A stretch of DNA of 64,000 nt from an uncultured Candidatus Saccharibacteria bacterium (GTDB taxonomy: Bacteria > Patescibacteriota > Minisyncoccia > UBA6257 > Colwellbacteraceae). Positions 58,506 to 64,000 of the stretch are shown here, one piece after another (position 1 is the first letter of the stretch; the number at the start of each line of letters is the position of its first letter). The position numbers and the translations under genes were made by a program. Location: contig CAYHTW010000001.1 of assembly GCA_964360065.1 (NCBI GenBank), positions 6,526 to 70,525 on the forward strand, in the 5' to 3' direction. The notes beneath the pieces were generated by a model that did not search any database, was not told where the DNA came from, and saw only the letters and a program-made list of their open reading frames with translations.

Positions 58506-59868
58506 TAGTAACGCGAGGGCCTTTTTCCGTATCCTCTAACTTATATCCTAGACTTTCTATCTTTACCCTCAAAGCGTCAGCCTGAATAAACTGTTTATGA
58601 GCCCTTAAGCTCTCGCGCTCGGCTACCAGCTTGTTTATCTCCTCCGGGACAACCTTCTTCGCCGGTTTAGGCTTAATTAATCCAAAACCCAAGACAGTAT
58701 CAAAGTTTTTAACGAGTTGCTTGCGATGAGCCCCAGAGAGCTTTTTATCTCCCACCACGGCCCACAGAACACTTAAGGCCTTAGGAGTATTCAAATCATC
58801 GGCCAAGGCTCCGCTAAAATACGCCCAGTACTTAATGGTAGCTTTGCTGGAATACTCTTTATCGGATTTAGACTTATCCACTGGCACATCTTTATCCAAG
58901 ATGGCCATAAGGTTATTTAAAGACTTTTCGGCAGATTTCAGAGATTTCCAAGTGAAGTTTAGTTTTTTTCTATATTGAGTTCCTAGGACCAAATAGCGGA
59001 AACTTAAAGGGCTTATGCCTTTCTCTTTCAAATCTTTAAGAGTGAAGAAATTTTTTAAAGACTTGGACATTTTCTTGCCATCAATCAGGACATGTTCGCC
59101 TTCTAACCAAAACCTGGCGAATTTTTTACCGGTGGCACCTTCGGACTGCGCAATTTCATTTTCATGGTGCGGGAAAACCAGATCCACGGCACCGGTATGA
59201 ATATCAAAAGTGGGTCCGAGGTACTTCATGCTCATAGCCGAGCATTCAATGTGCCAGCCCGGGCGCCCGTAACCCCAGGGACTTTTCCAAAACGGCTCGC
59301 CTGGTTTATTGGTTTTCCAGAGAACGAAGTCGGTGGCATCGTTTTTGGAATACTCGTCTGCCTCAACTCTTACCCCAGTCTTCAACTCTCTTTTTTTAAG
59401 GCCGGAGAGTCTGCCATAGTTTTTAAATTTAGCAATATTGAAATAAACAGAATTATCTTTACTTTGGTAAGCAAATTTCTTTTTTATCAAAATGCTTATC
59501 AAATCAATCATTTCCTTGATGTGAGCCGTGGCTCTCGGATAAACTTCGGCTTTCTCGATATTAAGTTCCTTAATATCATTGAAAAAAACTTCACTGTAAC
59601 GAGAAGTCACAACGTCAATACCGACGCCTTCTTCTTTGGCACGTTTGATAATTTTATCATCAACGTCGGTCAGGTTCATTGCCTGATGCACTTGGTAACC
59701 TTCGTGCTTCAGATTCCTCCTTAGGATATCCTCAAAAATGTAGGTTCTAAAGTTACCGATATGCGCATGGTCATAAACCGTAGGTCCGCAAGTATAAAGG
59801 CCAACTTGCTTACCTTTAAGAGGCTTAAAGCTCTCTTTTTTGCCAGAAAGGTAGTTATACAGAAACAT
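58492..59868 (-). CDS. cysS: Cysteinyl-tRNA synthetase
   Basis: HIGN (HIGNFRTY), KMSKS (KMSKSL), zinc-binding Cys residues. Confidence 0.9.
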   Translation of the reverse strand: MFLYNYLSGKKESFKPLKGKQVGLYTCGPTVYDHAHIGNFRTYIFEDILRRNLKHEGYQVHQAMNLTDVDDKIIKRAKEEGVGIDVVTSRYSEVFFNDIKELNIEKAEVYPRATAHIKEMIDLISILIKKKFAYQSKDNSVYFNIAKFKNYGRLSGLKKRELKTGVRVEADEYSKNDATDFVLWKTNKPGEPFWKSPWGYGRPGWHIECSAMSMKYLGPTFDIHTGAVDLVFPHHENEIAQSEGATGKKFARFWLEGEHVLIDGKKMSKSLKNFFTLKDLKEKGISPLSFRYLVLGTQYRKKLNFTWKSLKSAEKSLNNLMAILDKDVPVDKSKSDKEYSSKATIKYWAYFSGALADDLNTPKALSVLWAVVGDKKLSGAHRKQLVKNFDTVLGFGLIKPKPAKKVVPEEINKLVAERESLRAHKQFIQADALRVKIESLGYKLEDTEKGPRVTNGKN

Positions 59869-59876
59869 TATCTGCC

Positions 59877-59885
59877 ATTATAGCA
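59877..59885 (-). promoter_or_regulatory. Extended -10 promoter TGcTATAAT for cysS, 8 nt from ATG (leaderless); preceded by rplU terminator hairpin
   Basis: Read on minus strand in the 35-nt rplU-cysS spacer. Confidence 0.4.
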
Positions 59886-59903
59886 TAAAAATAAGCGACT
59901 ACT

Positions 59904-60227
59904 TTAGCCGCTTATCTTAGTTATTTGCGCTTCGGTGAAATGTTGACGGTGCCCTTTCAGCTTCCTGTACCTGGCTTTGGCATGGTATTTGAAGACAATC
60001 TTTTTCCTGTCTCTGCCTTGGCGAACAAGTTTGGCCTCTACGACAGCCCCCTTAACATAGGGCCTGCCTACGGTAACGACGCCGTTGTTATCAATGAGTA
60101 AGATTTTATCAAAAACCATAAGCTTGTCTAATTCAGCCTCGATTTTAGAAACTTTAATTTTATCGCCTGCGGACACTTTGTACTGTTTCCCGCCGGTTTC
60201 AAGAATGGCAAACATGATGGCTCCCAT
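59904..60227 (-). CDS. rplU: Ribosomal protein bL21
   Basis: MFAILETGGKQYKVSAGDKI start. Confidence 0.85.
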   Translation of the reverse strand: MGAIMFAILETGGKQYKVSAGDKIKVSKIEAELDKLMVFDKILLIDNNGVVTVGRPYVKGAVVEAKLVRQGRDRKKIVFKYHAKARYRKLKGHRQHFTEAQITKISG

Positions 60228-60233
60228 ATTAAT

Positions 60234-60563
60234 TTAATTAATGACGGAAATCAAGTAAACGGCGGTTAGGGCAATAAGAGAGACGGCTAGTGAGATGGAG
60301 GCGAAGACATAGGTAAAAATCTTGTCTTTCAGGTAAAGCCTCCAAGAAAGAATCCAGTTTAGTAGAACGATGACGGTGGCAATACCAATAACATTAAAAA
60401 CGTTGCCTATCTCACCTACTAAATCGGCGCGTCCGGCACTGTCAAAGTGAAGAATCACCAAACCACCAATACCGTAAAAGTGAATACTAGTGAATAGTAA
60501 GGCAAAAACAAGCAACACCAGGCTAGCCACGAAAAGTACGCTAATTTTCAAATCTTTTAACAT
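60234..60563 (-). CDS. Small 3-TM membrane protein, unknown function (occupies the slot where rpmA often follows rplU)
   Basis: 109 aa, three hydrophobic helices. Confidence 0.4.
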   Translation of the reverse strand: MLKDLKISVLFVASLVLLVFALLFTSIHFYGIGGLVILHFDSAGRADLVGEIGNVFNVIGIATVIVLLNWILSWRLYLKDKIFTYVFASISLAVSLIALTAVYLISVIN

Positions 60564-60565
60564 TG

Positions 60566-60637
60566 CAGCCCCACGGAGAATCGAACTCCGATTTGAGCCT
60601 TGAGAAGGCTCCGTCCTAACCGTTAGACGATGGGGCC
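60566..60637 (-). tRNA. tRNA-Glu (anticodon CTC)
   Basis: Hand-folded: acceptor GGCCCCA/TGGGGCT (G1-U72), D-arm GTCT-AACGGTTA-GGAC, anticodon arm GAGCC-TTCTCAA-GGCTC, T-arm CGGAG-TTCGATT-CTCCG. Confidence 0.72.
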
Positions 60638-60710
60638 GTGCAGTAAATATAAGAAATAAAATCTAAAATCTCAAATCTGTAATTAAAATTTTATTTTTGA
60701 GCTTTGAGGT

Positions 60711-62006
60711 TTAATCTTTAAGATTCTTAAGCCACTTACCGTATTGGCGAACCAATAGTTTTTTAGCTTGCCGTGGTTCGGACATTATCTCCATAACGAT
60801 ACGTTCCATCCGCATGGACTGCGAACCCTTAATCAATATTAGATCTTTGGGCTCAATAATGTCTTTGATGTTCTTAGCCACTTCTTCGGCATCTGCGAAA
60901 CTGTAGATATTTTTTAGGGGGTGACCGTGCTTCCTAGCACCATCGGCTATAAACTTACCTTTGCCTCCTACGGTCACAAGCACATCGGCAGCTCCGACAA
61001 CCAACTTCCCCGCTTCTTCGTGAGCATGGTTGGTGTATTGGCCTAGTTCAGCCATATCTCCCAAGATAGCCACTTTCCTATGAGCCGGAAGATCTTTTAA
61101 GACTTCCAAAGCCGAGATAACCGCGATCGGTGAAGAGTTGTAAGTGTCATCTATGAGGTTGGTGTTTTTCACTCCATTTAAGAGACGACATCTACCTGGC
61201 TCACCATGGTATTGACTAAGAGCTTCCGAGATTTTAACCAAATTCATACCCTTAATCAAACCAACGGCAGCGGCGGCAGCCGCAGAATAAGCCTTGGCCC
61301 TACCGAGAGACCCATCTATTTTAACTGGCACAAAGTTGTCTCCAGTTTCCAGCTTGAATGATATTCCAAGAGGTTTGCCGTCTTCACTCCTATTCATAAA
61401 GCCACTAATCCTTAAATCGGCTCCAGCCAAGAATCCATAAGTCGTAACATTACTCTTAGTCAAATCTTTCATATCCGCCACGAAATGATCGTCAAGGTTA
61501 AGGACAACGTTCCCTCCAAGACCAATAGATGAAGCAAGTTTTCCCTTCTCTCTAGCCACGCCTTCCGGCCCGTCGTAAAACTCCACGTGAACCGGAATAT
61601 CTCCCACGGCAGTCACCACAGCCAAGTCTGGTTTAGCAATATCCAAAAGATAATCCATGTCTCCCGGCTTATCTGCGCCGTATTCCAGAATAAGTATTTT
61701 GGGATAATTCTTTCTCCAGATAAGACCGCAAGAACCGAAAAGTAAAACCTTGAGCCAGAAAGAAGTTCCTCCGGAGGCTTTATAATCCCCCAGAATAACA
61801 AGAGGGAGCCCAAGTTCGTTATTTAAGTTGCCTTGGCCCATACGGACAGAAAAACTGGAGCTCAAGACGTAATAGATAGCCGACTTAGTGGAAGTTTTAC
61901 CGGCGCTTCCTGTCACTCCAATTATGAAAGGCCTATACCTTTTAACAGTGAGCCGTGCTAAGACTTTTAAAACGCTTTGTAATTTTCCGATTAAATATTT
62001 TTTCAT
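60711..62006 (-). CDS. murF: UDP-MurNAc-tripeptide--D-Ala-D-Ala ligase MurF
   Basis: GVTGSAGKTSTK P-loop, GNLNNELGLP motif; start trimmed to MKKYLIGK. Confidence 0.8.
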   Translation of the reverse strand: MKKYLIGKLQSVLKVLARLTVKRYRPFIIGVTGSAGKTSTKSAIYYVLSSSFSVRMGQGNLNNELGLPLVILGDYKASGGTSFWLKVLLFGSCGLIWRKNYPKILILEYGADKPGDMDYLLDIAKPDLAVVTAVGDIPVHVEFYDGPEGVAREKGKLASSIGLGGNVVLNLDDHFVADMKDLTKSNVTTYGFLAGADLRISGFMNRSEDGKPLGISFKLETGDNFVPVKIDGSLGRAKAYSAAAAAAVGLIKGMNLVKISEALSQYHGEPGRCRLLNGVKNTNLIDDTYNSSPIAVISALEVLKDLPAHRKVAILGDMAELGQYTNHAHEEAGKLVVGAADVLVTVGGKGKFIADGARKHGHPLKNIYSFADAEEVAKNIKDIIEPKDLILIKGSQSMRMERIVMEIMSEPRQAKKLLVRQYGKWLKNLKD

Positions 62007-62007
62007 A

Positions 62008-63636
62008 TTAGTGACTGACGTTGTCGGGCGGGATATTGTAATAGTTAATGATGAATTGCGCCAGGTTCCTGAAGGCCGGCACAACGGTCTGACCAGCTAG
62101 TGGCGCTCCATCCGGCTTATCCAACTTAACTAAAATTATAAACTTTGGGTTATAAGCAGGAGTGAAGCCGATGTAAGTATTAATAACCTGGTCGCTGTAA
62201 CCGCCGTGGACGAAATCAGGCACCTGAGCCGTGCCAGTCTTGCCGGCTACGTTATAGCCATCTATATTAGCTACTTGGTTTTTGATAACCGAGCTAACCA
62301 TCATTTGCACTGTTTGCCGAGACGCTTCCTCGGAAATGATTCGGCCTAGTGTCTTCGGGACTTCGGCCGCGTTAATGTAGGGCTTCATCATCACTCCGTT
62401 ATTAGCGATAGAAGAAATTGCCTGCAATAAAGCGATAGGTGTCATAGAAATACCCTGACCGAAAGAAGCAGTAGCGAAGTTTATGTCACGTTTATCACTT
62501 TCAAGCGGCCGCAAACTTCCCACTACTTCTTCCGGCAAATCTATATCAGTTTTTTGCTTAAATCCAAATTTAGTAACGTAAGCGTAAAAACTATTATTAC
62601 CCATGGCACGCTCCGCAAACGCAGCTCCGGTGTTAAGAGATTGTTCTATGACACCTGTCATGGAAGTGAGCCCATGCGCTTTCAAATCCCAGTTCTTAAT
62701 AGTCTTACCATTAAGCTTAAGCGAACCAGTATCGTTGTAAGTGGTACTAGGCGTTACTGCGCGAGCGTCCAGAGCCGAGGACATAGTGATCAGTTTAAAA
62801 ATGGAACCAGGCTCATATACAGCTTGGACTGCCGGATTTAAAAAAGTCGCAACCTTGGAATCACTGTAATTATTCGGATTAAAATTAGGATTGCTTGCCA
62901 TCGCTAAGATTTTTCCGGTCTTCGGGTCTTCTACTATCACTGTTCCACTCTCGGCTTTATACTGCTTCATTAAACCGGCTAGAATATTTTCCGATTCTTC
63001 TTGAATCTTGCGATCTATGGTCAGGTTAATGTCTTTGCCATCTTGGGTTTTGGAAGTAATTCTGTCTCCATCTGAAGTCCCGGCTTTACCTCCCAACTGG
63101 GACTGGTAATAAAGTTCGGCCCCATACGCTGCGCCCACTTTGTCATCAGCAGAAACGAAACCAAGAAGCTGGGCCGCTAGTGTGCCTAAAGGATAAAAAC
63201 GGGCTGAGTTGTAGCCGATGTAGACTCCGCCAAGACCAGCACTTCCTATTTTATTCACCTGCTCGTCCGTGGCCCTCTTAACAATAAGCTCGTAGGGATC
63301 ACTTTTCTTATTGAGAATAGTTTCTACTTCTACTAATGTCTTATCGCTCACGCTAGCCAGGAGCTCAGCTATGCCTTCTCTTTCCTCGTCCACCACGTCT
63401 TTAGGGACAACGTAGATACTAGGATAGTCTCTGTTAATAGCGGCTGGAATGGCGTTCCCAGTTTTGTCTGTAAAGTAAATGTTGCCTCTTACCGGCTTGA
63501 GGCTTTGTTCTAAGGTAGAAAAGGCTTTAGCCTGGTGCTTCTCACCTTCGTTAACCTGTAAAACATAAAGTTTAAAAATTAGCGCCGAGTAAAGGAGTCC
63601 AAAGAAAGCTATTAGTACTGTGACGCGAACTGCCAT
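62008..63636 (-). CDS. ftsI: Division-type class B penicillin-binding protein (FtsI-like transpeptidase)
   Basis: N-terminal TM, SxxK (SIFK), SxN, KTGT motifs; in ftsL-ftsI-murF order. Confidence 0.8.
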   Translation of the reverse strand: MAVRVTVLIAFFGLLYSALIFKLYVLQVNEGEKHQAKAFSTLEQSLKPVRGNIYFTDKTGNAIPAAINRDYPSIYVVPKDVVDEEREGIAELLASVSDKTLVEVETILNKKSDPYELIVKRATDEQVNKIGSAGLGGVYIGYNSARFYPLGTLAAQLLGFVSADDKVGAAYGAELYYQSQLGGKAGTSDGDRITSKTQDGKDINLTIDRKIQEESENILAGLMKQYKAESGTVIVEDPKTGKILAMASNPNFNPNNYSDSKVATFLNPAVQAVYEPGSIFKLITMSSALDARAVTPSTTYNDTGSLKLNGKTIKNWDLKAHGLTSMTGVIEQSLNTGAAFAERAMGNNSFYAYVTKFGFKQKTDIDLPEEVVGSLRPLESDKRDINFATASFGQGISMTPIALLQAISSIANNGVMMKPYINAAEVPKTLGRIISEEASRQTVQMMVSSVIKNQVANIDGYNVAGKTGTAQVPDFVHGGYSDQVINTYIGFTPAYNPKFIILVKLDKPDGAPLAGQTVVPAFRNLAQFIINYYNIPPDNVSH

Positions 63637-63905
63637 TGCGGATTTTTCTCGTAGATCATGCTTTGTTCAACAGCCAAAGCTTCCAGTCTGGAGGAATCTG
63701 TCATGGTGTAAAGTTGATTTTTCAACCCTGCGTTTTGCACCATGATTGTTTCCAAATCAGATTCATATTTAGCGATGTCGTGCCTCACACTCACTATCTC
63801 CGAATAAGTATATATGTAAAACACCGCTACGAGAATAAAAAGTCCGCCTAATGAGAACATTATTTTTATAAATCCGCTGTTCTTGTTTGGTTGTATAAGT
63901 GTCAT
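63612..63905 (-). CDS. ftsL: Cell division protein FtsL/DivIC-like
   Basis: 97 aa, single TM then coiled coil, upstream of ftsI. Confidence 0.55.
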   Translation of the reverse strand: MTLIQPNKNSGFIKIMFSLGGLFILVAVFYIYTYSEIVSVRHDIAKYESDLETIMVQNAGLKNQLYTMTDSSRLEALAVEQSMIYEKNPQWQFASQY

Positions 63906-64000
63906 TTGTTTTATTTCATTACTATCGCCCGCAGTTTCGCCGATCGACTCCTCGGATTATCTCTTTGCTCCTCAAGGTCGGCAGTAATTGGTTTCTTGGT

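Noticed and set aside
1-64000. CRISPR array, transposase or integrase search
   Set aside because: No direct-repeat/spacer periodicity and no IS or integrase-like ORFs seen anywhere in the window.
1-64000. Alternative genetic code (UGA recoding, as in some CPR)
   Set aside because: Conserved proteins are full-length under the standard bacterial code, so there is no evidence for recoding.

Overview
This 64 kb window looks like core chromosome from a small-genome, AT-rich bacterium, with about 60 of 63 genes on the minus strand. Inference from the gene content: it is probably a CPR/Patescibacteria-like lineage. The evidence is no rpmD (L30) between rpsE and rplO, half-length uL15, short uL3, a ComEC gene, a large type IV pilin-like gene, and tiny intergenic spacers.

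The centre of the window is a contiguous str/S10/spc ribosomal super-operon: rpsL-rpsG-fusA-tuf-rpsJ-rplCDWB-rpsS-rplV-rpsC-rplP-rpmC-rpsQ-rplNXE-rpsZ-rpsH-rplFR-rpsE-rplO-secY-adk-map. On one side lie murA, a second mreB paralog, holB, frr, rseP, proS, mreBCD-mrdA, a galT-like gene, a dedA-like gene, tpiA, pgk, an RNase H1-like gene, RNase P RNA (rnpB; missed by the ORF track) and a Cas4-like Fe-S nuclease. On the other side lie an M50 protease, rpmB overlapping tRNA-Pro(GGG), a 476-aa type IV pilin-like protein, ndk, aspS, a two-ORF comEC, a cobO-like gene, mnmA and efp. These are followed by a 3-gene operon: a sigma-70-region-4 + HARE-HTH protein, a membrane protein, and a VirD4/TrwB-like ATPase that lacks its membrane domain. 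Then come secDF, tRNA-Lys(TTT) with an adjacent 22-nt partial duplicate, a dnaJ/dnaK/grpE heat-shock cluster interrupted by three extra genes, recR, dnaB, cysS, rplU, tRNA-Glu(CTC), and murF-ftsI-ftsL.

Recurrent sequence-level themes are:
- consensus-like sigma-70 promoters placed so that transcripts start 0-8 nt before the start codon (leaderless), with essentially no Shine-Dalgarno motifs;
- Zn-ribbon-bearing and truncated or extended ribosomal proteins;
- several perfect palindromes in the few real intergenic regions.

No CRISPR array, transposase or integrase was found.
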